A stretch of 64,000 nucleotides of DNA from Octopus sinensis (Eukaryota): positions 107,880,001 to 107,944,000 of the forward strand of contig NC_043002.1 of assembly GCF_006345805.1 (NCBI RefSeq), read 5' to 3'. Each line of letters opens with the position of its first letter. Position 1 is the stretch's first letter. This document shows, one piece after another, positions 11,650 through 24,155 of the stretch. Below the pieces are notes generated by a model, which ran no database searches, was not told where the DNA came from, and saw only the letters and a program-made list of their open reading frames with translations. Both the position numbers and the translations under genes were made by a program.

Positions 11650-14600
11650 CACACTGAAAGGTAGGTCTGGCGAGATAGTCGAGATGCTTGAACGGAGACG
11701 TGTTGATGTATGTTGTATGCAAGAAATAAGGTGGAGAGGAGGATCTGCTAGGTTCCTCACAGGCAAGGAACACAGGTACAAGATTTTCTGGGCAGGGAAC
11801 ACTGACGGGGTTGGTGGCGTGGGTATACTTATCACTGAGAAATGGATAGATAGAGTAATTGAGGTAATCAGAGTAAGTGACAGAATACTTAAGATTAGAA
11901 TAGTGCTTCATAATAGATTAGCAACCATTATATCGGCCTATGCCCCTCAGCCAGGGCTACCCGATGGACAGAAAGACAGTTTCTATGACACCCTACTGCA
12001 GACCACCTCATTGACGAATGACAGGGACCTTCTCTTTGTGGCTGGTGATTTCAATGGGCATGTTGGACGACATGCTGGGGGCTTCCATGGCGTGCATGGA
12101 GGCTACGGTTATGGTTCCCGCAACGAGGAGGGAACTAGGCTGCTGGAGTTCTGCGATGCGAATAGTCTTATGATCTGCAACACTAACTTCAGGAAACCAA
12201 CAAGCCACCTGGTCACCTACCGATTGGGCCGGCATACTAGCCAAATCAACTACATCCTTGCCAGAAAGGGAAAGATGGCTGCTTATAAATGCCAAAACCT
12301 TCCCAGGCGAAGAATGCACCCCACAACATAGACTGGTAGTTAGTGACTTTAGGATCAGGACTAAGAGGGCGACTAGAAGATGACCACATGGAGAAGAAGG
12401 GTCTGGAAGCTTAAAGACCCTGCGAATGGACAGAGATTTAGAGATATGTTACTTGAAGCCTTTGACGAAGTGGGAGGGGGTATAGCTACACATGGGGTAG
12501 AAGACAACTGGACGTTTCTGAGGGACAACCTGCTGAAAGCCGCTGACCAGATCTGTGGCTGGTGCAAAGTCCCCTTAAGACCCAAAATAACGTGGTGGTG
12601 GAACAATATTGTTGACAGGGCTATTAGACAAAAGAAACAGGCTTGGAAGGCCTGGAAGAACGGTGGTAGCAGGGAAGTGTATCAGACTGCCAGAAGGGAA
12701 GCTAGGAGACAGGTCTATCTAGCCAGAGGGGAAGCGGATAAAAGAAAATTTGCCAATGTCCTGCGCCGTGAGGATGAAAGACTTGAGGTATTTCGTGTTG
12801 CAAGACAGTGTGTGAGAGAGAATCGTGATGTGGTAGGAGAGAAATGTGTTCACATGGAGGATGGTTCACTTGCGCTAAATGAGGATGCAAAGAGAGAAGC
12901 TTGGAGACGCCACTATGAAAGGTTGCTGAATGAGGAAAATGAATGGGATAAAGAGAGTCTGCCGAATGTGACCCAACAGAGGGACCAGCTATCCGAGTTG
13001 ATAGTTCCGTGGTAGCTAAGGCAATTAGAAGCATGAAGACAGGGAAAGCCCCAGGCCCATCAGGAATTACTGCAGAGATGCTCAAATATCTGGTAGTGTC
13101 GGCTATAGCATAGTCACCCGTATAGTTAACCAGGTGATACACGAAGGAGTCATACCCAATGACTGGTGTAGCAGCATAATAGTCAACTGCTACAAAGGTA
13201 AAGGCGATGCCCTAGATACAAATAACTACAGGGGCATCAAGCTGTTGGATCAGGTAATGAAGGTTACGGAGAGGGTTATAGCCCAGTTAATTAGAGAGAG
13301 AGTTAGCTTAGATGATATGCAGTTTGGGTTCGTGCCAGGGAAAAGTACTACTGATGCTATATTCCTGGTAAGACAGCTGCAGGAGAAATACCTAGCCAAA
13401 GGTAAGCCCTTGTACCTGGCTTTTGTTGACTTAGAGAAAGCCTTTGACAGGGTCCCCCGATCCCTTATCTGGTGGTCAATGAGGAAACTAGGGATAGATG
13501 AATGGTTAGTGAGAGCTGTGCGAGCCATGTACAGGACGCAGCTAGTAAGGTGAGTGTTGGCAACGAGTACAGTGAAGAATTCCGGGTAGAGGTTGGGGTC
13601 CACCAAGGTTCAGTCCTCAGCCCCCTCCTATTTATCATAGTCCTCCAGGCAATAACGGAAGAATTTAAGACAGGATGCCCCTGGGAGCTCCTATATGCTG
13701 ATGACCTTGCTCTAATTGCTGAGTCACTATCAGAACTGGAGGAGAAGTTTCAGGTGTGGAAACAAGGATTAGAATCGAAGGGCCTTAGAATCAACCTAGC
13801 CAAACCAAAGTCCTAATAAGTAGGAAGGTGGACCAACCACAAACGACTTCAGGTAGATGGCCCTGCTCGATCTGTAGAAAAGGTGTAGGTAGAAACTCTA
13901 TAAGGTGCACCAAGTGTAAGCTATGGACACATAAGAGGTGCAGCAATGTCAAAGGTAGGCTAACTGGGAAGATAGTTTTCGTATGTGGCAGATGCTCAGG
14001 AGAAATAAACACTGGAAATGTGCAGAGACCAACTTCTACCACGTTCCAGGGAGACAAACTAGAAGTAGTTGATAGCTTCCGCTACCTTGGAGACCAAGTT
14101 AGTAGCGGGGGTGGGTGTGCTGAAAGTGTAACTGCTAGAGTAAGAATAGCCTGGGCAAAGTTTAGAGAGCTCTTACCCCTGCTGGTGACAAAAGGCCTCT
14201 CGCTCAGAGTAAAAGGCAGACTTTATGATGCATGTGTACGTACAGCCATGCTACATGGTAGTGAAACATGGCCGTGACTGCTGAGGATATGCGTAAGCTC
14301 GCAAGAAATGAAGCCAGTATGCTCCGATGGATGTGTAATGTCAGTGTTCATAATCGTCAGAGTGTAAGTACCTTGAGAGAAAAGTTGAACCTAAGAAGCG
14401 TCAGTTGTGGTGTGCAAGAGAGACGGCTGCGCTGGTATGGTCATATGACGAGAATGGCTGAAGATAGTTGTGTGCAAAAGTGCTACACCCTAGCAGTTGA
14501 GGGAACCTGTGGAAGAGGTAGACCCAGGAAAACTGGGACGAAGTGGTGAAGCACGACCTACGAACTTTAGGTCTCACAAGGAAATGACTAGAGACCGAGA

Positions 14601-15992
14601 CCTATGGAAGTATGCTGTGTGTGAGAAGACCCGCAAGACTAGTCAGGCCATAACCCGTGGCCCCTACCTAGGACGTAGTCAGTCCACCTGTGCATGCCTT
14701 CCTTCTTGTGACACTTGTGAAGACCTGTTGAGGCAAGTGAAAATAAAACAAAATCAAAATAGATGAACATCAATGGAATTTGTATCTTTGTGGTACCAGT
14801 GCCGGTGGCACACAAGAATACCATCCGAACGTGGGCGTAGCCAGTACCGCACCGACTGGCCTCCATGCTGTGGGCACGTAACAATTACCATCCAATCGTG
14901 GCCGATCACCAGCCTAATCTGGCTCCTGTGTCGGTGGCACATAAAAAAACACCATCCGAGCGTGGTCGTCTGCTAGCCTTGTCTGGCACCTGTGCCGGTG
15001 GCACATAAAAACACCATCCGAGCGTGGCCGTTCGCCAGCCTCGTCTGGCACCTGTGTCGGTGGCACATAAAAAAAACACCATCCGAGCGTGGTCATCTGC
15101 TAGCCTTGTCTGGCACCTGTGTCGGTGGCACATAAAAACACCATCCGAGCGTGGCCGTTCGCCAGCCTCGTCTGGCACCTGTGTCGGTAGCACATAAAAA
15201 CACCATCCGAGCATGGTCGTCTGCTAGCCTTGTCTGGCACCTGTGTCGGTGGCACATAAAAACACCATCCGAGCGTGGCCGTTCGCCAGCCTCGTCTGGC
15301 ACCTGTGTCGGTAGCACATAAAAACACCATCCGAGCGTGGTCGTCTGCTAGCCTTGTCTGGCACCTGTGTCGGTGGCACATAAAAACACCATCCGAGCGT
15401 GGCCGTTCGCCAGCCTCGTCTGGCACCTGTGTCGGTGGCACAAAAAAAAAAACACCATCCGAGCGTGGTCGTCTGCTAGCTTGTCTGGCAACTGTGTCGG
15501 TGGCACATAAAAACACCATCCGAGTGTGGCCGTTCGCCAGCCTCGTCTGGCACTGTGTCGGTGGCCACATAAAAAAACCATCAAGCGTGGTCGTCTGCCA
15601 GCCTTGTCTGGCACCTGTGTCGGTGGCACATAAAAACACCATCCGAGCGTGGCCGTTCGCCAGCCTCGTCTGGCACCTGTGTCGGTGGCACATAAAAACA
15701 CCATCCGAGCGTGGTCGTCTGCAGCCTTGTCTGGCACCTGTGTCGGTGGCACATAAAAACACCATCCGAGCGTGCCGTTCGCCAGCCTCGTCTGGCACCT
15801 GTGTCGGTGGCACATAAAATCACCCACTACACTCTCGGAGTGGTTGGCGTTAGGAAGGGCATCCAGCTGTAGAAACACTGCCAGATCTGACTGGCCTGGT
15901 GCAGCCTTCGGGCTCCCCAGACACCAGTTGAACCGTCCAACCCATGCTAGCATGGAAAGCGGACGTTAAATGATGATGATGATGATGATGAT
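11650..15992 (+). mobile_element. RTE-clade LINE, 5'-truncated and frameshifted, with APE, RT, a PHD-like finger and a long 3' UTR ending in (GAT)n
   Basis: APE motifs (MQEIRW, SAYAPQ, GDFNGHVG); RT motifs (YRGIKLL, FVDLEKAFDRVPR, GVHQGSVLSPLLF, YADD); C-terminal GRPRKT; split across ORFs 11582, 12380, 13134, 13502, 13828 and 14268. Confidence 0.92.
14930..15802 (+). repeat. Minisatellite in the RTE 3' UTR: 14 units of about 62 bp, strictly alternating A and B variants
   Basis: Constant part gtcggtggcacataaaaacaccatccgagcgtgg; variant A continues tcgtctgctagccttgtc, variant B continues ccgttcgccagcctcgtc. Confidence 0.9.
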
Positions 15993-16632
15993 ATGGAAGA
16001 GGTAGACCCAGGAAGACCTGGGATGAAATGGTGAAGTACAACCTTCGAACATTAGGCCTCACCGAGGTAATGTGTAGTAACCGAGACTTTTGGAAATATG
16101 CTGTGCTTGAGAAGACCCAGCAAGCCAAATGAGACCATAACTTCATGACCTGTGCCAGGGGCATAACCAGCCCACTTGTGCATACCGTCCCTTCACTGGA
16201 CACGGCTTGCGAAGACTTGTTGAGGCAAGTGAAATCGAAATCAAATTCGATGACTGGCATCTGTGCTAGGAAACACTAAGAGCACCATCTGAGTGTGATC
16301 GTTGCCAGAGTGGCTAACAGATGTCCGTGCCGGTGGCACATAAAAAGCACCATTCGAGTGTAATCGCTACTAGCATCGCCTTACTGGCGCTTGTGCTGGT
16401 GTGCATGCGGCACGTAAAAAAAACAGCATTTGGGCGTGGCCGTTGCCAGTACCGCCAGACTGGTCCTCGTGTCGGTGGCACATAAAAGCACCCAATACAC
16501 TCTCAGAGTGGTTGGTGTTAGGAAGGGCATCCAGCTGTACATACTCTTGCCAGATCAAGATTGGAGCCTGGTGCAGTCAAATCGACCAACCCATGCTAGC
16601 ATGGAAAGCAGACGTTAAACGATGATGATGAT
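15993..16632 (+). mobile_element. Second, short 5'-truncated RTE copy in tandem
   Basis: Repeats the end of the ORF (ggaagaggtagacccaggaa...) and the same 3' UTR and (GAT)n tail as 14510-15992. Confidence 0.8.
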
Positions 16633-16784
16633 ATATGATATTTACCATGTGAACTGCGATTAAAAAATACGAGAAAGATATGGTATATAATTTTTTTTAT
16701 GCAAGGGTTCCTTGAGACATGTAATTTATTTTAAGGGTTACATAAGGGTAAAAAGGTTGAGAAACACAGCCCTACAGATTTTAC

Positions 16785-17031
16785 GTAAAAAGCACCATCT
16801 GTCCGAGGCTGTTTGCCAGCTCCGTCTGGCACCTGTGCGGGTGGCACGTAAAAAGCACCCACTACACTCACGGAGTGGTTGGCGTTAGGAAGGGCATCCA
16901 GCCGTAGAAACTCTGCCAGATCAGACTGGGCCTGATGCAGCCTTCTGACTTCACAGACCCCGGTCGAACCATCCAACCCATGCTAGCATGGAAAGTGGAT
17001 GCTAAATGATGATGATGATGATGATGATGAT
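16785..17031 (+). mobile_element. RTE 3' UTR fragment (related copies at about 36307-36560 +, 49890-50030 -, 50490-50700 +, 53731-54230 -, 58266-58480 +)
   Basis: Shared gtggttggcgttaggaagggcatccagc...catggaaag..(GAT)n terminus. Confidence 0.75.
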
Positions 17032-17058
17032 AATAAAAAGAAGCATAAAATTCTTTAC

Positions 17059-17244
17059 CATTTTTAGACAATTCAGTTCATAAGAATTATGAGAAGACGT
17101 CTTTTGTTCTCGGCCAACTTCGGAAACCAGTCTCATTATGGTCTCCCGGCTTGCTTTGCTTTCCATCTCACTGTTGTTCAACAATTCAGTCAATGTGATC
17201 AGCTTCCCGCGAAGCATTGCGTTATCTTGGAAAGTATCTGAAAG
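17059..17244 (-). CDS. CCDC170: CCDC170 coding exon 6 (LSDTFQDNAMLRGK...MESKASRETIMRLVSEVGREQK...CLKM)
   Basis: MESKASRETIMRLVSEVGREQK matches the vertebrate CCDC170 motif MEAKASRETIMRLASEVNREQK (recalled, not searched); acceptor aacag|CTT, donor ATG|gtaaag; 186 nt, phase 0. Confidence 0.92.
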
Positions 17245-18874
17245 CTGTTTCACAAATATTGGAATAAAATGTTCTTACATCAGTGGGTGGGTGTGTGGGG
17301 AACTACTGTTACACACATACAAACACAAACACACACATGCACACACCCATACACCCACACAAACACACACACACAAACAGCCACAAACACACACACACTC
17401 AAACACGCACAAACACACACACACAAACAGCCACAAACACACAAGCACACACAAACACACACATCCCAGACTGCACCTAAGAAGGTCCATCATCCGATTA
17501 CAAAACACTAACCACTAACCTACCTACACTCTCCCTCTGCACCTCAGACATACAGCCTCCTCACTTTACCTTTTCTAATTCTACCTCAACAACTTCATCT
17601 AGACTACCTAATTGATACAATCCCTACTCAAGCACCCCTAACATACCCTTCTCTCCTCATTACATCACTGCTATAGCGTTTTGGCCCACCTCCAACACCC
17701 AGGCCTGTCACACATGGTGCAGAAAACGACTATGACATTCCACAAATTGACAAACGTTTCAACAACAGATATATATAATATATACCAGTTCAAACCACAG
17801 TGGAAATGTATAAAACAAAATGGTAATCTGTGCACTACATGAAGACATCATTAAGGTCTGCTTAACCTTCCCAATGCTACACCAATGGATGTATAAAGTA
17901 TGGGAGGTTTTTCTGCCTCACCCTGTATTAAACCTTTTTACTCAGTTCTACCTTCCTGAAAACACTAACTCTCTGGAACTTTGTTTCCTGTCTTATCGAC
18001 CTTGACAAAATGAAAGGTAAAGTTGAGCTTGGTGGAATATGAACCCAGATTGTAAAGAGATGAAGCAAATATGCTAAAACATATTATCCAATTCCCCAAT
18101 GAATCTCTCATGCTTCTGCCCTCAACAATAACGATCTCTAATATATCCAAGGGTACACATATTGGGACTTTGAAGAATATGCACAAGTAAATTAAACAAG
18201 TGCAGGAGAGGCTGTGTGGTAAGTAGCTTGCTTACCAACCACATGGTTCCAGGTTCAGTCCCACTGTGTGGCACCTTGGGTAAGTGTCTTCTGCTATAGC
18301 CTTGGGTTGACCAAAGCCTTGTGAGTGGATTTGGTAGGCAGAAACTGAAAGAAGCCTGTCGTATATATGTATATGTATATATGCATGTGTGTGTGTGTAT
18401 ATGTTTGTGTCTGTGCTTGTTCCCCCAACATTGCTTGACAACTGGTGTGCTTACGTCCCCATAACTTAGTGGTTTGGCGAAAGAGGTCGATAGAATCAGT
18501 ACTAGGCTTACAAAGAATAAGTCCTGGGGTCGATTTGCTCGACTAAAGGCAGTGCTCCAGCATGGCTGCAGTCAAATGACTGAAACAAGTAAAAGAGTAA
18601 AAGAGGTGTTTTTATTGACTGGATTGACAGAGGCCAAAGATGACCTGGGCCAGATTTGAGCTTAAAATATGAAAACTTTGGTCGACCACAGACTACGGTG
18701 GAAGACACATGTCTGTGGTGCTGCCCACTCAGATTGAAACTGGAACAACATAATTTCAAACGTAAATTTTCCAACCACACAGCCACACCTGTATCCAGGT
18801 GTTACATCAATGTCCAAAATAACAGATAAGTTACAAAGCAAAGACAGGTGCAACAAAAATTTTTTAAAAAGTAC

Positions 18875-19025
18875 CTTGGCATAGAATGGTTCCAAATTAT
18901 CGTAAGATATCAGAGAACCATCTTGGCTTCCAAGGATGCTGTTGGTCTTTGTTACAAGACCATTGAACTTCATCTGCCAATTCTGACTCTGCGACTCAGC
19001 TTGTTCACGTTCATCTAGCTGCTTG
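18875..19025 (-). CDS. CCDC170: CCDC170 coding exon 5 (KQLDEREQAESQ...EPFYAK)
   Basis: Acceptor tattatag|C (phase 2), donor AAG|gtactt; 151 nt. Confidence 0.8.
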
Positions 19026-19071
19026 CTATAATATAAAGGACAGAAAGGCAACAATGATGACGATAATAATG

Positions 19072-19135
<64 letters not shown>

Positions 19136-20385
19136 TGATGATAATGACAAGAACAACAACAATAATTTATTTCTTTATTGCCCACTGGGGGCTAGGCATT
19201 GAGAGGGACAAACAAAGACAGACAAAGGGATTAAGTCGATTACATTGACCACAATGCGAAACTAGTACTTATTTAATCGAACCTAAAAGGATGAAAGACA
19301 AAGTCGACCTCGGCAGAATTTGACCTCAGATTGTTATGGTAGATGAAATACTGCTAAGCATTTTGCCCCAAATGCTAACGATTCTGCCAGCTCGATACCT
19401 TAATAATAATAATAATAATAATAAACAATTGGTGTAAAAGATGGGCTACAGCAAATATTCTGCTCAATATCACAGATTTGCTTGTCAGTTGTTTGACCAT
19501 AGCCAGTTGAGCATGTCCCTTAGTGGCTGACGATATGTGCATCTCTGATCACGAGCAGAAGTAGTGGGGGGAGCATCATAGCCATGTGTTGAGAGGGATT
19601 CTTTGGGGTTTGAATAATTCACCTCTGAAAACATGGGTGTTTCGTTCAACATTCTTAAACAACCCTTATTCAGGGACCTTTTGATTGGGATGGGTTACTT
19701 GACCAGAAGAAAATTCTAACTGGGCCCCACCTGGAAGGTCATGTGCTGTTTATCTTGATATGAGATCACCTGTCTATTCTGATTTGTTCATTTAGAGTCC
19801 AGTTAACTTATAACTGGGATGGCTAGAGTGTTGATTCCTATTATCTTGTTTTTCGCATTGAATTCTGTTTTCAGTATTAATCTAACTCATCTATAGTATT
19901 CCTTTTTTAACTTCCCTTTAATTTGTGTGTGTTATATTATATCTAGTCCATTGATTCCTAAGTATTTGTATGTCTGGCTTTTGTCTAATTCTCTTATTTC
20001 ATTTACTTTATCTAGTGTGTTGTTGCTATTCTTAACTAGTTTTCCTCATTTCAAGGTTGCTTTAGCGCATTTTTCTAAGCCAAATTTCATGCTTATTTCT
20101 TTGGTAAATCCATGTACTGTCTAAAGTAATGTTCCCAGCTGTTTATCATGTGTAGTATACAGTTTTAGCGCATCCATATATAAGAGGTGGCTAATTGTTT
20201 CGTCGTAACAGTTGTATCCACATCCATTTCTGTTTAGCATGTCAGATAAAGATGTCAGTGCCAAGCAGAAAAGGAGTTGAGAGAGTGTGTCTCCCTAGAA
20301 TATTCCTCTTCTAATGGGCATGGCTTTGGTTTTAATGTGTCCCTTGTTTGTTATTATTATCATTATTATTATTATTATTATTATT

Positions 20386-20418
<33 letters not shown>

Positions 20419-21019
20419 ATTATTATAATCTTTTTGTTCTGTTTCCATTCCTTGCTGAGTGTCTTCCTGACACCTAGGATAGAGAAACGCACTGTATACA
20501 TTGGTAGGCCATTAAAATAAACACACCAGATTGTTCATGTGACAGAGAAAAAGGGGAAGAAAGACAGAGAGTAAAAATAAAAAATAAAAAAGTAAACGAA
20601 GAAAATAAAGAGGGAAAAAGTGAGAGATAATTCACAGTGGATGCTCTTCTCAATACATGTGACATAGTGGTTAAGACAATCTTTTGCAATTCCTGTATGG
20701 GTGGTAAGCCAGGGGTCATTGTTAAATTATTATTATTATTATTATTATTATTATTGACTGAGAGAGCAGTGCATGTCATGAAAGTGACACTGGGGTAAAA
20801 TATACGAAGTCCAGTATACCCATCATGTCTGTTCTTGTTTGTCCCCTCGATGTTTAGCCTCTTGTGGGCAATAAAGAAATAAATATCATCTACTGACCAG
20901 AAAGATAAAAAAAAAAACTGGAGAACAGACTGTCATGGATGGAATACCTTAGAATTTTCTCAATCAGGATAGATGTGGCACTAAACAAAAATAATAACAA
21001 TAACAATAATCGTTCTTAC

Positions 21020-21276
21020 CGAAGTCTTGCTTCAAGATTCAGAATCTTATCTTGGAGTTCTCTGTTATCTTTCTGAAGGGTTGCTATAGCAATTTCTGCT
21101 CTGTTTGAAACAGACTCAAACTTATTGCTGCGATTCTCCAGTTCTTGAAAAGATTGCTTCAGAGTTTGAATTGTTTGCAATAAGTTGTTTTCTGTAGTTT
21201 TGCTAATGTCGAGTTGGTTTTGTAATTCTTTAATTTTCATATCCTTTTCATCCACATGGCTTTCATAATCTCGTAA
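21020..21276 (-). CDS. CCDC170: CCDC170 coding exon 4 (LRDYESHVDEKD...LEARLR)
   Basis: Acceptor ttttactcag|TTA, donor CG|gtaaga; 257 nt, phase 0 to 2; coiled coil; within ORF 21016..21303. Confidence 0.85.
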
Positions 21277-21568
21277 CTGAGTAAAAATTGAATGCAGCAT
21301 CACATAGAGAGTATGTATTTATACATTGGGCACGTGATGTAAACTAAATATGTTTAACACTGGTGACTAGTGGTTGCTATAACAAGGTGTGTGCTACCAT
21401 TGCTGAACTTATTACTCTGGCATACAAAGTAAGGTACCAAACCACTTATTAATTTACCAATCATGTTTTCCTAGCTTTAAAGTAGACAATTGTTCAACAT
21501 TTGCTCTTAAACGTTTGCCATGATACAAAAATAACTGATACTCTTGAACAAGTTTAAATATTATCATG

Positions 21569-21957
21569 GGGATGGAAGCACTCCGTCGGTTATGACGATG
21601 AGGGTTCCGGTTGATCCGAATCAACGGAACAGCCTGCTCGTGAAATTAACGTGTAAGTGGCTGAGCACTCCACAGACACGTGCACCCTTAACGTAGTTCT
21701 TGGGGATATTCAGCGTGACACAGAGAGTGACAAGGCCGGCCCTTTGAAATACAGGTACAACAGAAACAGGAAGTAAGAGTGAGAGAAAGTTGTGGTGAAA
21801 GAGTACAGCAGGGATCACCACCAGGCCCTGCCGGAGCCTCGTGGAGCTTTAGGTGTTTTCGCTCAATAAACACTCACAATGCCCGGTCTGGGAATCGAAA
21901 CCGCGATCCTATGACTGTGAGTCCGCTGCCCTAACCACTGGGCCATTGCGCCTCCAC
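21569..21957 (-). mobile_element. tRNA-derived SINE, family A, tail type ii, TSD atcatg (another copy at about 27815-28192 with a 17-18 bp TSD)
   Basis: Same head as 127-418 with a different 3' body; TSDs visible at 21563-21568 and 21958-21963. Confidence 0.85.
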
Positions 21958-22856
21958 ATCATGAATGGTATTGTGACACTGGAGCATCTGAATGGCATCT
22001 CATGAACAGACAACAGAAAACAACAAATAAACATCACAAACTCTATGATATTTAAATACATGATACGACTTTAAGCTGATTTTACCTTTATTACTGTATG
22101 TGTTTTATTGGATATGAAAACAGATAACAACCAGATTATATTATGATACCATAACAGCACAATTTTTAAAAAGAAAATTTCCCTTTTTTTTCTATGTGTG
22201 GACATGCAGTGCTTATTTAGCAGCCTGGAATGAACTTCCTTCTTAATTTTCATCATTATAACATTGGTGTTTGGAACTAAATAAAAAGTTCTCACATAAT
22301 ATTATAATGGAAGGTGTTAGCTTAAAAGTGCACACTTTAAAATTAAGTGTTTTGCAACTCTGAACCAGAAATTACTTTAGGCAGATGGGTAACAAAATTG
22401 TTAAATATTTTAGAGGGTAAATAGAAATTCTTGTAATCTGAAAGTCAATTCCATCAGGCCCCTGTAACAAACAATTGGTCATGCTAGTCTTATTAAGCTT
22501 TGTCTCAATTCATACACAAAAAAGAACTATCAAAACGTACAGTTCTATAAGAGAACATTACAACAAACAAGAGATTTTGGTTGGTTGCTGAGGAATGTAA
22601 TTAGACTTAAATCATTGGATCTTCAGATTTAGACATTATCTTTTGTCTGAGAGCAAGGAAGACAGAGAAAGTGAAGTGGAATTGTCACTTCAGCTGCAAG
22701 CAATTAAAAAACTGAGAGTCCAATGCCAGGACATTTAAGTTCTACATTCCACATGGCAACCGCACCAAGCAGACTCTCCTGAAATGGTGCCATGACCATC
22801 AATGGTTTCTTTGGATTTTGAATTTTACATGACGTTGAAATAAAGTTGCATCCATA

Positions 22857-23273
22857 GGCGCAGGAGTGGCTGTGTGGTAAGTAGCTTGCTAACCAACCAC
22901 ATGGTTCCGGGTTCAGTCCCACTGTGTGGCATCTTGGGCAAGTATCTTCTGCTATAGCCCCGGGCCGACCAATGCCTTATGAGTGGATTTGGTAGACGGA
23001 AACTGAAAGAAGCCTGTCGTATATATGTATATATATATATGTGTGTGTGTGGGGGGGAGGGGGTTGTGCGTTTGTGTTTGTCTACCTAGCATTGCTTGAC
23101 AACCGATGCTGGTGTGTTTATGTCCCCGTCACTTAGTGGTTCGGCAAAAGAGACCGATAGAATAAGTACTGGGCTTACAAAGAATAAGTCCCGGGGTCGA
23201 TTTGCTCGGCTAAAGGCGGTGCTCCAGCATGGCCGCAGTCAAATGACTGAAACAAGTAAAAGAGTAAAAGAGT
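22857..23273 (+). mobile_element. SINE family B with an internal (TA/TG)n tract; other copies at about 446-607, 4685-5048, 5390-5769, 6030-6424, 18207-18603, 23953-24378, 24963-25371, 52020-52415 and split at 28637-28780 / 30520-30754
   Basis: Head ggcgcaggagtggctgtgtggtaagtagc, tail (AAAGAGT)n; TSD ata here and aaaca at the 52020 copy. Confidence 0.85.
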
Positions 23274-23277
23274 ATAC

Positions 23278-23365
23278 CTGAGATGCCAATTTCTCATTTT
23301 TGATTTGGAGGTTGGCAAGTTCCGAATGTGTTCGGTCGAGCTTCTGTTGCTCAATCTGTGAAAGA
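23278..23365 (-). CDS. CCDC170: CCDC170 coding exon 3 (S-LSQIEQQKLDRTHSELANLQIKNEKLASQ)
   Basis: Acceptor ctaacag|T (phase 2, matches exon 2), donor CAG|gtatac; 88 nt. Confidence 0.75.
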
Positions 23366-24123
23366 CTGTTAGTCTGGAACAGAAGGAGAGAGATTACATA
23401 GATTAAAATAATAATAATAATAATGAAATTATTGTATACAGTGCTCAGGTGCACCACAACTTGTCATAAAGTGCATATAAAGTACATGCAGTAATGTAAA
23501 AATGTCTGGAAAGCGAACAATGTATGAGTCAGATACATGCCTGTGTGTGTATGGAGGGGAGAAAATCAGGTGTAGTGTTGGCGAATCTCAGAAAGCATGG
23601 AAGTTTTGAAGGATGCAGTGCTCCGACAGTGAATGATGTTAATGATTCAACTAATGAATGGGGTATGAGTGAAAGCATTAATATAAAGAGGGAGGAAATA
23701 TAACTTTAAACTTATTGGTATAATAATAAAATCAGTTTGTAATATGTAAGATCATTACCACCTTTAGTTAAATAATTAATGTCGTTAGGTATAAATCACT
23801 TGTAGAAAATGAAATATTACTTACAACATAAGCGTCAAAATATTTACTTGGAGACTTTGATATATGAGCAGCATCATCAACACTGGAAGAAGATAAGCAA
23901 AAAATAATTGGAAATGCTAATATAGTGGTCACGGCAGCGCAGTATAATTATAGGCGCAGGAGTGGCTGTGTGGTAAGTAGCTTGCTAACCAACCACATGG
24001 TTGCGGGTTCAGTCCCACTGCGTGGCATCTTGGGCAAGTGTCTTCTGCTATAGCCCCGGGCCGACCAATGCCTTGTGAGTGGATTTGATAGACGGAAACT
24101 AAAAGAAGCCTGTCGTATATATG

Positions 24124-24155
<32 letters not shown>

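Noticed and set aside
14906-15953. Long ORFs (up to 237 aa) in several frames, plus many poly-I/L/N/Y and CV/HT ORFs elsewhere
   Set aside because: These are translations of minisatellites, microsatellites and SINEs, not genes.
14790-16490. CRISPR-like repeat-spacer appearance
   Set aside because: Eukaryotic context, no cas genes, and the spacers are recurring A/B variants; it is the 3' UTR minisatellite of an RTE LINE.
21079-21093. X-box-like GTTGCTATAGCAAT
   Set aside because: It lies inside coding exon 4, about 12 kb from the start codon, and can be explained by codon sequence.
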